A stretch of DNA of 64,000 nucleotides, from NCBI GenBank assembly GCA_031285625.1, contig JAITVV010000070.1, positions 41,532 through 105,531 on the forward strand, read 5' to 3'. Shown here piece by piece: positions 40,999 through 50,761 of this stretch. The stretch's first letter is position 1. The number at the start of each line of letters is the position of its first letter. The translations under genes and the position numbers were made by a program. This DNA comes from Prevotella sp. GTDB lineage: Bacteria > Bacteroidota > Bacteroidia > Bacteroidales > Dysgonomonadaceae. The notes below the pieces were generated by a model. That model was given only the letters and a program-made list of their open reading frames with translations, did no database searches and was not told the DNA's origin.

Positions 40999-42726
40999 TT
41001 AATTAATCTTTTTCACCCAGCCTTCAACAACATCTACTGATGGTAAAGCCAAATCCAATTTGAATTTTTTATTAACATCCCCGATATCCTGCCTTACTTT
41101 CTGAGGATTTACATCCTTCATACTTTCAACAGTGAAATAACCTGCTTTCTGGATAACAGGAACTAATTCTTCAGGGATTCCTAACTCTATATATTTAGAT
41201 GGAACATCTTTTTTAGGTGCTTTTTCAGGACGCATCTGAGGGAAGAACATTACCTCCTGTATACTTTCCTGCCCTGTCATAAACATTACCAGACGATCCA
41301 TACCGATACCGATACCGCTTGTAGGAGGCATACCATATTCCAAAGCGCGCAGGAAGTCCTGATCGATAAACATGGCTTCGTCATCTCCCTTTTCAGACAA
41401 TTTCAGCTGATCTTCAAACCGTGCACGTTGGTCGATAGGGTCATTCAGCTCCGAATAAGCATTTGCAAGCTCTTTACCATTCACCATCAATTCGAAGCGC
41501 TCTGTCAGGTCCGGATTGTTGCGGTGTTTTTTGGTAAGAGGAGACATTTCTACCGGATAATCTATGATAAAGGTTGGCTGAATATAATTGCCTTCGCATT
41601 TTTCGCCGAAAATGGCATCTATCAGTTTCCCCTTACCCATAGTTTCATCCTGCTCTATATCTAGCTGCTTACAAACATCACGCAGCTGGTCTTCATTCAT
41701 AGCGCTTATATCGATGCCTGTAAAATGTTTGATAGAATCAATCATTGTCACACGTGGATAAGGCGCTTTGTAATCAATTTCATTATTGCCCATTTTCACT
41801 TTAGTAGTGCCATGGACATCTACACAGATTTTCTCCAACATGCGCTCGGTAAAATCCATCATCCAGTTGTAGTCTTTATATGCAGCATAAAATTCCATAA
41901 CGGTAAATTCAGGATTATGAGTCCTGTCCATACCTTCGTTACGGAAGTTACGTGAAAATTCATATACGCCATCGAATCCACCAACAATAAGACGTTTCAG
42001 ATAAAGTTCGTTTGCAATACGCAGATACAAAGGAATATCCAAAGCATTATGGTGTGTGATAAACGGACGCGCTGTAGCACCGCCGGGGATACTTTGCAGT
42101 ACCGGAGTATCAACTTCTATGTATCCGTGCCCGTTAAGGAACTCACGCATAGAGTTAAATACCTTTGTTCTTTTAATGAATACATCTTTTACATCATCGT
42201 TGACGATAAGATCGACATAGCGTTGACGGTAGCGTTGCTCCGGATCGGAGAATCCATCATAAGTAACACCATCTTTTACTTTAACAACAGGAAGCGGACG
42301 AAGCGATTTACCCAGTACAGTCATTTCTTCTGCATGTACAGATATTTCTCCCATCTGTGTACGGAAAACAAAACCTTTGATTCCCACAAAATCGCCTATA
42401 TCAAGTAGTTTCTTAAAGACAGTATTGTAAAGATCCTTGTTCTCAGTCGGACAAAGGTCGTCACGGGAAATATATACTTGTATACGTCCTTCTGAATCTT
42501 GTAATTCCATAAAAGACGCCTTACCCATGATGCGGCGACTCATAATTCTACCGGCTATTGATACATAACGTTTTTCCGCTTCATCCTTAAAACTATTCAG
42601 AATTTCAGTAGAATATGCGTTGACTTCATACAATGCTGCCGGATATGGTTCAATACCTAATGCCCTTAATTCATCTAAACTTTGTCTGCGAATAATTTCC
42701 TGTTCGCTTAATTCTAATATATTCAT
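40999..42726 (-). CDS. lysS: Lysine--tRNA ligase (class II)
   Basis: Motifs [23 protein letters not shown] and [12 protein letters not shown]. Confidence 0.97.
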   Translation of the reverse strand: MNILELSEQEIIRRQSLDELRALGIEPYPAALYEVNAYSTEILNSFKDEAEKRYVSIAGRIMSRRIMGKASFMELQDSEGRIQVYISRDDLCPTENKDLYNTVFKKLLDIGDFVGIKGFVFRTQMGEISVHAEEMTVLGKSLRPLPVVKVKDGVTYDGFSDPEQRYRQRYVDLIVNDDVKDVFIKRTKVFNSMREFLNGHGYIEVDTPVLQSIPGGATARPFITHHNALDIPLYLRIANELYLKRLIVGGFDGVYEFSRNFRNEGMDRTHNPEFTVMEFYAAYKDYNWMMDFTERMLEKICVDVHGTTKVKMGNNEIDYKAPYPRVTMIDSIKHFTGIDISAMNEDQLRDVCKQLDIEQDETMGKGKLIDAIFGEKCEGNYIQPTFIIDYPVEMSPLTKKHRNNPDLTERFELMVNGKELANAYSELNDPIDQRARFEDQLKLSEKGDDEAMFIDQDFLRALEYGMPPTSGIGIGMDRLVMFMTGQESIQEVMFFPQMRPEKAPKKDVPSKYIELGIPEELVPVIQKAGYFTVESMKDVNPQKVRQDIGDVNKKFKLDLALPSVDVVEGWVKKIN

Positions 42727-42790
42727 TATTAATCTATCTTCAGATTTTGTATTTCGATATAAAAACTCTTTACGTATGAGAATAACCCCG

Positions 42791-42798
42791 CAAAGTTA
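42791..42798 (-). promoter_or_regulatory. -7 promoter element of lysS
   Basis: TAACTTTG on the minus strand. Confidence 0.55.
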
Positions 42799-42989
42799 AA
42801 AAATTTAATTACAAATCATCATTTTATATTTTACTTAAATTGATGATACTGTATTATAATTTATTTTTAACAAGAAATAAGAGAAAGAATATATTAGAAA
42901 GAATTTATCCTTTAAGAACTCTTCAGCCGTAAATCTATATTAAGATATTCCGGAAATTCATGATCCATCCTGAAATATGAAGATAAAAA

Positions 42990-44258
42990 CTAGTTGCGTG
43001 CCTTAACACACCTTACGGTTTGCAATTGCCATATTGCTTGCGCTCCTCTGGCTATCTTATTTCCATTGGGCGTATCAGCCGAAGAGAATCCGCGTCCCCA
43101 AACAGATCTATCACTTACCGTCCCCCTCAACTTCACGTTTGAGCTAGTCCAAAAAGACGCAAATGATCCGTAATAAGACTGGGGTTGGGGTATGGTTCCG
43201 GTAGGAGATCCCATATAACCGACTTCAAGGACATTAAACCCTGTAAACTTTGAGAATCCTTTGTAAGTTGTTCCCGATGGCAATGTATAACCCACCGGTG
43301 TGCATTGTGACTCAAACAAGTGTCCGGCAGTTCCTCTGAAATAATCATCCAGTTCTCCAGAATTTGTTTCATAACTATTATCCCACACACCAGGTGTTGT
43401 CTGTGTAGTATATAATTCAGGATGTTCCAGTATTTGCTTTTCCAGATCAAGCCAGTCGCGATCGCTTGGCAAACGCCAGCCATTGGGACAAATCCCCTGA
43501 ACTGTACTATATTGATCAGGGCCTGGAGCCACGCCTGACTCCACTATATCAGAGTATACCCCGGCACTTGCTGCTGCCCATGAATAATAGAGACCTATGC
43601 CATAATCTTTGTATTTATCGTAAAATATCCGGTCGTGAGCAATAACTCCTGTATGTGCTCCATAATCTACAGGGTTTGTTGGGAAATAATATACTTTTTC
43701 CAAAGTAATGGTAGTGCTAGTGATATTTGAGGCGCCAACTCTTCCTGTCGGTATTGTCCCCTGAACTTCAGCCTGGGTATCATATGTCGTTTCTTCCAGA
43801 TTCTCTATCATCCATTCTCCGGCAGTGCCAAAAGTAGCTGTTTTATACACTCTGCCACTTATCCCTTTTACAGTACTCCCTGTCCATTTATTTAGTTTAA
43901 TCCATTTATTTCCATTCCATGTATGCACACCTTTACTATCTCCTGTATACCCCAGACATTGATTCATATTATACACAACCAATCCAGTATGCAAAGCATC
44001 CTGCTCACTCTTTTTTTCGGGAGTATCATATTTGTTATCTGGATCCGGAGAGAACATTGGATACAGATTATTAATATCAGTTAGCTGTACCCGGGGCAAA
44101 ACGAGCCCTTTAGCTGAATTTTCTCCACTTAAATTCTCCTCTTTCAATTGCAAAAGAGCACCTGTTTCCGGGGCCTCTTCCAAACCAATAGTAACTTGTG
44201 AATAAAGTATAGCTGTATTTAAAAATATAAGTAACGATAATATGAATAATGATTTCAT
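42990..44258 (-). CDS. FISUMP (Fibrobacter succinogenes major paralogous domain) surface protein
   Basis: Signal peptide; motifs QVTIG...KGLVLPRV, WMIENL, GLYYSW, QGICPNGWRLPS, FWTSS and VRCVK. Confidence 0.82.
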   Translation of the reverse strand: MKSLFILSLLIFLNTAILYSQVTIGLEEAPETGALLQLKEENLSGENSAKGLVLPRVQLTDINNLYPMFSPDPDNKYDTPEKKSEQDALHTGLVVYNMNQCLGYTGDSKGVHTWNGNKWIKLNKWTGSTVKGISGRVYKTATFGTAGEWMIENLEETTYDTQAEVQGTIPTGRVGASNITSTTITLEKVYYFPTNPVDYGAHTGVIAHDRIFYDKYKDYGIGLYYSWAAASAGVYSDIVESGVAPGPDQYSTVQGICPNGWRLPSDRDWLDLEKQILEHPELYTTQTTPGVWDNSYETNSGELDDYFRGTAGHLFESQCTPVGYTLPSGTTYKGFSKFTGFNVLEVGYMGSPTGTIPQPQSYYGSFASFWTSSNVKLRGTVSDRSVWGRGFSSADTPNGNKIARGAQAIWQLQTVRCVKARN

Positions 44259-44366
44259 TCCTGTAGTTTGTTGATATTATTTTTCAAACAATCGACTCAG
44301 GTTAATGTTCACTAAAAATGATAATTTATTTTATAGAAAAAGATTTAATAGCAGCGGGTGTTTTTG

Positions 44367-44374
44367 TACCTTTG
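44367..44374 (+). promoter_or_regulatory. -7 promoter element of the MATE-tldD operon
   Basis: TACCTTTG. Confidence 0.6.
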
Positions 44375-44422
44375 CACCCTCAAAGATGGGAGTGCGCTCC
44401 TTAATTTAAAAGTATTTTTTAG

Positions 44423-45793
44423 ATGTTGAAAACAGCAAATATTGAGGAACTACAGAATAAAAAAATAAGCAAACTACTTTGGCAATATGCTTTGCCCGCT
44501 ATCGTGGGAACGATGGTAAATGCATTGTACAATATTATCGACCGTATCTATATCGGGCATGGCCCTAACCTGGGAGACCATGCAATCGGTGGTTTGGGGA
44601 TCGTTTTGCCAATAATGAATCTGACTGCTGCAGTAGGTATGCTGGTCGGTGCAGGTTCAGCCAGCCGTATATCCATTTGTCTGGGGCGTGGTGATAAAGA
44701 AACGGCAGAAAAGATTATCGGAAACTCATTTCTACTGACTATATTATTAACAGGAACATTAGTAACCGGGCTTTTTATGTTTCTTGACCCCATACTGATG
44801 CGGATCGGAGCTACAGAAGAGACATTTCCTTATGCAAAGGAATTTTTGCTTTATTATCTGCCTGGTAACATCTTTTTAACGATGTGCTTTAACTTTAATA
44901 GTATGATGCGTGCATCGGGCTATCCTACCAAAGCTATGTATACAATGCTGATTGGGGTGATCGCTAATATTATTATAGCTCCAATTTTTATTTTCTGGCT
45001 CGAGTGGGGTATAAAGGGCGCTGCCATAGCTACTATTATTTCCATGTTTATAGGGTTGTGCTTTGTGATGTACCACTTTATGAACAAAAACAGCATGTTG
45101 CGACTACGGAAAAAGAATATAGGACTGAATCCAAAGATTGTATGGGCTATTGCCAGTATAGGTATGTCTCCTTTTTTTATACAGATTGCTGCGTCTATTG
45201 TGGTATTCTTCATCAATCACAATCTGAAAACTTATGGCGGAAATATAGCTATAGAAGCTTATGCCATCGCTAATACCCTGGTGATGATAATCATAATGAT
45301 TATGGTAGGACTTACTCAGGGAATGCAGCCTATTGTCGGTTACAATTATGGTGCTAAGCGAATCGAAAGGGTAAAAGAAACATTATTTTATACCATCAAG
45401 GTGGGTGTTGTAGTCGGATGTGTAGGACTGGTAATAGGCATGTTATTGCCCGATCTGGTAGTTAAACCATTTAATCCGTCTGCACCTCTGGCTGCAGAGA
45501 CAGCAAAGGCTTTACGCATTGTGACTATTATGTTACCTTTAGTCGGATACCAGATAGTGGTTACAAATTTTTTCCAGTGTATCGGTATGGCCGGGAAATC
45601 TATATTCCTAAGTCTTACCCGTCAATTCCTGTTGCTACTACCGGCATTATTTATTTTACCCAAAATTTTTGGAATAGATGGAGTATGGTATTCTCTACCC
45701 ACAGCGGATTTTCTCGCAACCGTACTGACTGCAATATTGTTTATATGGCAGGTAAAATCATTTAAGAAGATGGAAGCATCCGATAGATTATAA
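44423..45793 (+). CDS. MATE-family efflux transporter
   Basis: About 12 TM segments; motifs YNIIDRIYIG, GIKGAAIAT and QPIVGYNYGA. Confidence 0.93.
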   Translation: MLKTANIEELQNKKISKLLWQYALPAIVGTMVNALYNIIDRIYIGHGPNLGDHAIGGLGIVLPIMNLTAAVGMLVGAGSASRISICLGRGDKETAEKIIGNSFLLTILLTGTLVTGLFMFLDPILMRIGATEETFPYAKEFLLYYLPGNIFLTMCFNFNSMMRASGYPTKAMYTMLIGVIANIIIAPIFIFWLEWGIKGAAIATIISMFIGLCFVMYHFMNKNSMLRLRKKNIGLNPKIVWAIASIGMSPFFIQIAASIVVFFINHNLKTYGGNIAIEAYAIANTLVMIIIMIMVGLTQGMQPIVGYNYGAKRIERVKETLFYTIKVGVVVGCVGLVIGMLLPDLVVKPFNPSAPLAAETAKALRIVTIMLPLVGYQIVVTNFFQCIGMAGKSIFLSLTRQFLLLLPALFILPKIFGIDGVWYSLPTADFLATVLTAILFIWQVKSFKKMEASDRL

Positions 45794-45794
45794 T

Positions 45795-47219
45795 ATGATA
45801 GATCTAAATAGACAAAATATACTTCAACATTTTTCAGTAAATGAAAATGATTTGATAAGAGTGATAAATGAAGCCCTTGATAAGGGAGGTGATTATGCCG
45901 ATTTGTTTTTTGAGCATACATTCAGCAACAACATTTCATTACGCGACGGTGAGGTTAACAGAGCCTCTTCCAATATCGACTTTGGAGTGGGAGTAAGGGT
46001 CATATCAGGTGATCAGACCGGATATGCCTATGTAGAAAATACTGAAATTAAAGATTTGCTTAAAGCGGCACAAACAGCAGCCAGCATAGCTTCTGCACCA
46101 CTTAAGGTTAATCCGATAGAAATAAAAGAAACTCATTTCAAGAATTATTATAAAATCCAGCGTTCATGGCTCGATGTATCCGTTGCTGATAAAAAATCTT
46201 TTGTGCAAAAGCTGAATGACCGCATATTTGAATTGGACGCACGGGTGATTAAAGCATCGGTAAGCCTGAATGATTCTACATCATATATTCTTTTCTTTAA
46301 TTCCGAAGGTATCCTCACATGGGATTACCGCCCGATGAGTATTATGTACGGATCGTGTACTATGGATCAAGAGGGAAGAATAGAGAATGGCTATGCATCC
46401 CGGGCGTATCGTAAAGGATTTGAATTTCTGAATAATGATCTGATCGAAACACTGGCAAAAGAGGCAGTAGAGCAAACATCTCTTATGTTTGAAGCAATAA
46501 AGCCCAAAGGCGGTGAAATGCCGGTAGTTATGGGTGCGGGTAGTTCAGGTATTCTCTTGCATGAGGCTATCGGGCATACTTTTGAGGCTGATTTTAACCG
46601 GAAAAATGTTTCTATTTTTTCAGACCAATTGGGAAAACAGATATGTTCAGCTAATATCAATGTCGTTGATGACGGCACAATAGATAATACACGTGGTGCT
46701 ATCAACTTTGACGACGAGGGAGTTGAAAGCCAGAAAACGTACATAGTAAAGAATGGTATTCTGGAAAGCTATCTGCATGACAGGATCAGCGCCAAACACT
46801 ATAATGTATCACCTACAGGAAACGGACGTCGTCAGTCATTCCGTTATGCTCCGTTACCACGTATGAGGGTAACATATATGGAAGAGGGAAATACTTCCGA
46901 GGCAGATATTATTGCATCTGTAAAACAAGGCGTATATGTAGATAATTTTACTAACGGGCAGGTGCAGATAGGAGCAGGTGATTTTACGTTCTTTGTAAAG
47001 ACCGGCTACCTGATTGAAAACGGAAAACTTACACAACCAATAAAGGATATCAATATAATCGGCAATGGCCCCAAAGCCCTTGCGGATATTACAATGGTGG
47101 GCAATAACCTGAAGATAGATGAAGGTGCATGGACCTGCGGAAAAGATGGGCAGGGAGTTCCTGTAGGGCAGGGTTTGCCCTCGGTTTTAGTCAGTAGGTT
47201 AACAGTTGGGGGAGAATAA
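45795..47219 (+). CDS. tldD: TldD metalloprotease
   Basis: Motifs LLHEAIGH (HExxxH), TGNGRR and CGKDGQ. Confidence 0.92.
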   Translation: MIDLNRQNILQHFSVNENDLIRVINEALDKGGDYADLFFEHTFSNNISLRDGEVNRASSNIDFGVGVRVISGDQTGYAYVENTEIKDLLKAAQTAASIASAPLKVNPIEIKETHFKNYYKIQRSWLDVSVADKKSFVQKLNDRIFELDARVIKASVSLNDSTSYILFFNSEGILTWDYRPMSIMYGSCTMDQEGRIENGYASRAYRKGFEFLNNDLIETLAKEAVEQTSLMFEAIKPKGGEMPVVMGAGSSGILLHEAIGHTFEADFNRKNVSIFSDQLGKQICSANINVVDDGTIDNTRGAINFDDEGVESQKTYIVKNGILESYLHDRISAKHYNVSPTGNGRRQSFRYAPLPRMRVTYMEEGNTSEADIIASVKQGVYVDNFTNGQVQIGAGDFTFFVKTGYLIENGKLTQPIKDINIIGNGPKALADITMVGNNLKIDEGAWTCGKDGQGVPVGQGLPSVLVSRLTVGGE

Positions 47220-47238
47220 TCCTTAATACACTTCATTT

Positions 47239-47793
47239 ATGATCTATATTGAGACTTCTCATTTATTATTACGGGATTGGAAAGAGGAAGATATAGAACC
47301 TTTTGCTAAAATGAATTGCGACCCGCATGTGATGAAATATTTCCTTAAACCACTGACAGAACGTGAATCTTTCGATTTTTATAAGAGGATACAGGACGAG
47401 TTCAATCAGTACAAATATGGGTTATATGCAATAGAAAAAAAGGAAAATGGTGCTTTTATAGGATATACCGGCTTTCATAGATTTGATTTTGATACAGATT
47501 TTGCACCGGGCGTTGAAATAGGCTGGCGTATAAGATATGAGGACTGGAATAAAGGTTATGCTACTGAAGCTGCAAAAGGCTGCCTGTCATACGCGAAAGA
47601 TAATCTGCCGTTTGATACAATATATTCCTTCACCTCTCTTCATAACAAAAGTTCGGAAAAGGTGATGCAAAAAATCGGCATGGAGAAAATAAGAACATTC
47701 CTCCATCCGGCAGTACCGGATAATCATCCATTGAAAGAACATATTCTTTATAAAATAAAATTACCTCTCCGGATATCACATCCAAAGAGGTAA
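47239..47793 (+). CDS. RimJ/RimL-type GNAT acetyltransferase
   Basis: Motifs EIGW, WNKGYATEAA and SEKVMQKIGM. Confidence 0.88.
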   Translation: MIYIETSHLLLRDWKEEDIEPFAKMNCDPHVMKYFLKPLTERESFDFYKRIQDEFNQYKYGLYAIEKKENGAFIGYTGFHRFDFDTDFAPGVEIGWRIRYEDWNKGYATEAAKGCLSYAKDNLPFDTIYSFTSLHNKSSEKVMQKIGMEKIRTFLHPAVPDNHPLKEHILYKIKLPLRISHPKR

Positions 47794-47818
47794 CAAATCT
47801 GTGAACACAATTACTAAG
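47761..47818 (-). repeat. Terminator-like hairpin plus conserved flank, copy 1
   Basis: The 36 nt ttacctctccggatatcacatccaaagaggtaacaa is identical to 50311-50346, and aacacaattactaag is shared. A U-tract follows on the minus strand. Confidence 0.9.
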
Positions 47819-47835
47819 TTTCTATAAGAAAAAAT

Positions 47836-50139
47836 CTATAGTATTCCTTTATCTGAATCAGCATTATCGAGGCTCTTCTTTCCAGCCTCATGTTTCCTCC
47901 CGAAAGACATATTCCAAGAAAAGCGAAGATAGAACATATGCCCGTTTTCTTTAATATAGCTCCATGACTTGGAAGGTTTTATGTCTGAGATATTTTTACT
48001 TCCTGCACTCCAGTAGTCACCGAATGGTAAACTCATCCCCAGCGAAAGCTTTGCTTCCTTATATTTATATCCGGTTTCTATATAACTCCACTCTTCCCCA
48101 TACCAAATAGTCTCGCCCCACAGCTCCTTATACCTGGTATTCATTCCTGCTACTAAGTGGTAGTTTTTATATTGTAAGTTAGAACGTATACCGCCATATA
48201 TCATATTGTAAGTATGAGCCTTACCTTTATAGGACTTAAAAATGGAACGTTGAGGTTGAACCCATCCACTTAATGTCCATATGTCTTTTATCAGTCTTAC
48301 TGTAAGATTTGTACTCCATGATAAATATTCCTGACTTTTTTGATTATCTGAAAATGAGATTATCTTGTCATCTTCTATACTAAAGGTACTGATTATAGGT
48401 TTATGATATCTAATGTAATTCAGACTGGTATTCAAGTCAAAGATACCTTTACTGTAATTCAGGGTTAGCCTGTTCCGGTAGCTGTTGTAAGGCTTCAATC
48501 CAGGATTTCCTCTATTTATCTGATAAGTGTCTGTCTGTTGTTCTACATCACTTAATTGACCTAGTGACGGGGTACGGGTGTCTACAATAAATGAATATTT
48601 AAGAGATAAATTATCATTCATAGAATAGCTTAGTTGTACAGAAGGCCTGAACGTATGATAAGTAGCACTCTCGTCACCTTCTTTATACCAGATACGCGAA
48701 CCTCCAATACCTAAAGTATATCCCAGTTTTTTGGCAATTTTCCCCTGTATTTGCGCAAATAGGTAAGATTCCGCATTTTTCATTTTAGTTTGAGTATCCG
48801 TATCACCTTCATAGGTATTGTCTGCAACCCCTTGTGTATGTTTTACTCCTGAAACAAAAGACAGGTTTTCAAACTGTTTTTCATAAACGGCCTCACCTAT
48901 AACCGAATACTTATTTCCATTTATTTTATTGAAAATATCAGATAGCGCTTCAGTTCCTTCAGTCTCTTTGTACTTACGCTCACTATCTGAATTGATATAC
49001 GTCCCCACAAGATTCACGGCCAGTGATTGTTTGTTTTTCAATTCGTGACGGTAGTATATATCAAGAACAGGAGTATAGTCGTTCCCTTTATTCCTTCCCG
49101 TAGCAAATGTCTGACCTATATCATTCGAATACATTATATTATATGAATTGGCATTCTTATAATTATAAAACTGATTCTTAAACAATACATTAAAGACATA
49201 CTTATCCGGTTTGGTCAGATTATATGAAAAATTCAGATACTGATATTCATAGTTCATCGGCGCATATACTCCCTTCTGATCCCTTATTATTTGGTTATCA
49301 GTAAAATTAAGAGTTTCAGTCTGGTCAGACCATCTCTTATCATACGACCTGTAACTAATGTAATAATTAAGACCAAACTCAGATGCTTTATAGTTTGTCT
49401 TAAATGCAAGATTATCATCTCCAAAACCTATATAAGGTGAGTTTCTTCCATCTACTGACACGTAGCCTCCATAGTTTTTTTGCCTGTCTACAATCAGATT
49501 CAAAACTGCACCTACGTTTTCATTCCCGAAACGGACTCCCGGTTCTTCAAAAAATTCGATACGCAAGATATCCTGTGGTCTCAGGGCAACTACCTCCTGT
49601 ACTGAAGCCCTGACTCCATTGATACGCAATTGTACTTCTTCGTTTCCAATTTTTATTGTCCGGTTGACAGGATCGATATTTAGCCTGGGTATCGACATAT
49701 TACTCATCAGATCAAATGCATTTACAGATGTTTTTATTTGCATCGAATCCGGCATAATAATCTGGCGGTCTACTCTATTTATAATACGGTTACCTGTAAC
49801 TGTAACTTCTCCCAATGCCTTCGATTCTTCCTGTAGCTCTATATCTCCCAGATCAATATTTGAGATCAGATTACTAATCTTTATGAAAGCAGTTTTATAT
49901 CCTATAAATGAAGCTTTTATCATATAGTCTTGTTTGGGGAATTGTCCTGCAATGAGAAATACTCCAGTTGTATCTGTCTGGCAGCCACTTACATAAGAAG
50001 AATCTGCTTTGAGTAATACGGCTGTAACGAACTCTACAGGCTTTTTTGTGTTTATATCTATAATACGCCCTTTTATATCAATTGCCTGGGCAGATATGCA
50101 AATGATAGTAAATAAAAATAAGGATAACGTGACTTTCAT
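47836..50139 (-). CDS. Outer-membrane beta-barrel protein with N-terminal carboxypeptidase-regulatory-like domain (TonB-dependent-receptor-like)
   Basis: Signal peptide; motifs SFIGYKT, LGEVTV and GNPGLKP, with alternating aromatic beta-strands. Confidence 0.78.
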   Translation of the reverse strand: MKVTLSLFLFTIICISAQAIDIKGRIIDINTKKPVEFVTAVLLKADSSYVSGCQTDTTGVFLIAGQFPKQDYMIKASFIGYKTAFIKISNLISNIDLGDIELQEESKALGEVTVTGNRIINRVDRQIIMPDSMQIKTSVNAFDLMSNMSIPRLNIDPVNRTIKIGNEEVQLRINGVRASVQEVVALRPQDILRIEFFEEPGVRFGNENVGAVLNLIVDRQKNYGGYVSVDGRNSPYIGFGDDNLAFKTNYKASEFGLNYYISYRSYDKRWSDQTETLNFTDNQIIRDQKGVYAPMNYEYQYLNFSYNLTKPDKYVFNVLFKNQFYNYKNANSYNIMYSNDIGQTFATGRNKGNDYTPVLDIYYRHELKNKQSLAVNLVGTYINSDSERKYKETEGTEALSDIFNKINGNKYSVIGEAVYEKQFENLSFVSGVKHTQGVADNTYEGDTDTQTKMKNAESYLFAQIQGKIAKKLGYTLGIGGSRIWYKEGDESATYHTFRPSVQLSYSMNDNLSLKYSFIVDTRTPSLGQLSDVEQQTDTYQINRGNPGLKPYNSYRNRLTLNYSKGIFDLNTSLNYIRYHKPIISTFSIEDDKIISFSDNQKSQEYLSWSTNLTVRLIKDIWTLSGWVQPQRSIFKSYKGKAHTYNMIYGGIRSNLQYKNYHLVAGMNTRYKELWGETIWYGEEWSYIETGYKYKEAKLSLGMSLPFGDYWSAGSKNISDIKPSKSWSYIKENGHMFYLRFSWNMSFGRKHEAGKKSLDNADSDKGIL

Positions 50140-50169
50140 TTTTTTTAATTGATTGTATTTAACTATTAT

Positions 50170-50195
50170 AACGAAGAAGAAAATGAAGTGTTACA
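50170..50195 (-). promoter_or_regulatory. ECF-sigma-type promoter
   Basis: Minus-strand TGTAAC-N16-CGTT, about 30 nt upstream of the ATG at 50139. Confidence 0.55.
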
Positions 50196-50210
50196 ATGGA
50201 TCTCTTTTCC

Positions 50211-50302
50211 GGTTAAAAATTGTCTAATAGAAAGATTATATAATGTTGGATGAGTTACATTTATAAGAGAGTAAAAAAGATGTCACTTTTGTCACTTTTT
50301 AT
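50211..50302. repeat. Duplicated ~90-bp upstream region, copy A
   Basis: ggttaaaaattgtctaatagaaagattata...gttacatt...tgtcacttttgtcacttttt is similar to 50532-50622. Confidence 0.8.
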
Positions 50303-50310
50303 AATTGAGG

Positions 50311-50364
50311 TTACCTCTCCGGATATCACATCCAAAGAGGTAACAAGTAAACACAATTACTAAG
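50311..50364 (-). repeat. Terminator-like hairpin plus conserved flank, copy 2
   Basis: Direct repeat of 47761-47818. Confidence 0.9.
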
Positions 50365-50531
50365 CTCTACTAAACTTAGTATTACCATTTCTTTGACATA
50401 GATAAAATATCATGCCCTTACAAAGCTAAGGGATGTTTTTCCAGCCGGACAATAAGTTAAATCTTATGTCGTATATGTGTCATAGATAGGGATATATTTG
50501 TCATAATAAGATATTGGGTATATCAACAGAG

Positions 50532-50622
50532 GGTTAGAAATTGTTTAATAGAAAGATTATAACACCTAAGAAAGTTACATTGAAAAAATAATGCAAAAAG
50601 TGTCACTTTTGTCACTTTTTTA
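50532..50622. repeat. Duplicated ~90-bp upstream region, copy B
   Basis: ggttagaaattgtttaatagaaagattata...gttacatt...tgtcacttttgtcacttttt. Confidence 0.8.
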
Positions 50623-50735
50623 TCATAATGCGTTATTTACAAACCATTTAACCCGTTGGAGTCAGATCCATATGTGTTACTTTTTTTGAAGTGCAAGATT
50701 TAGAGCTTTTTAGCTGCATTTAGAGTAAATCTGTG

Positions 50736-50743
50736 TACTTTTG
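50736..50743 (+). promoter_or_regulatory. -7 promoter element of pmbA
   Basis: TACTTTTG. Confidence 0.55.
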
Positions 50744-50761
50744 CAGACATAATAAAAAAAG

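Noticed and set aside
47761-50364. 36-bp direct repeat as a CRISPR array
   Set aside because: Only two copies 2.5 kb apart, no spacer periodicity and no cas genes.
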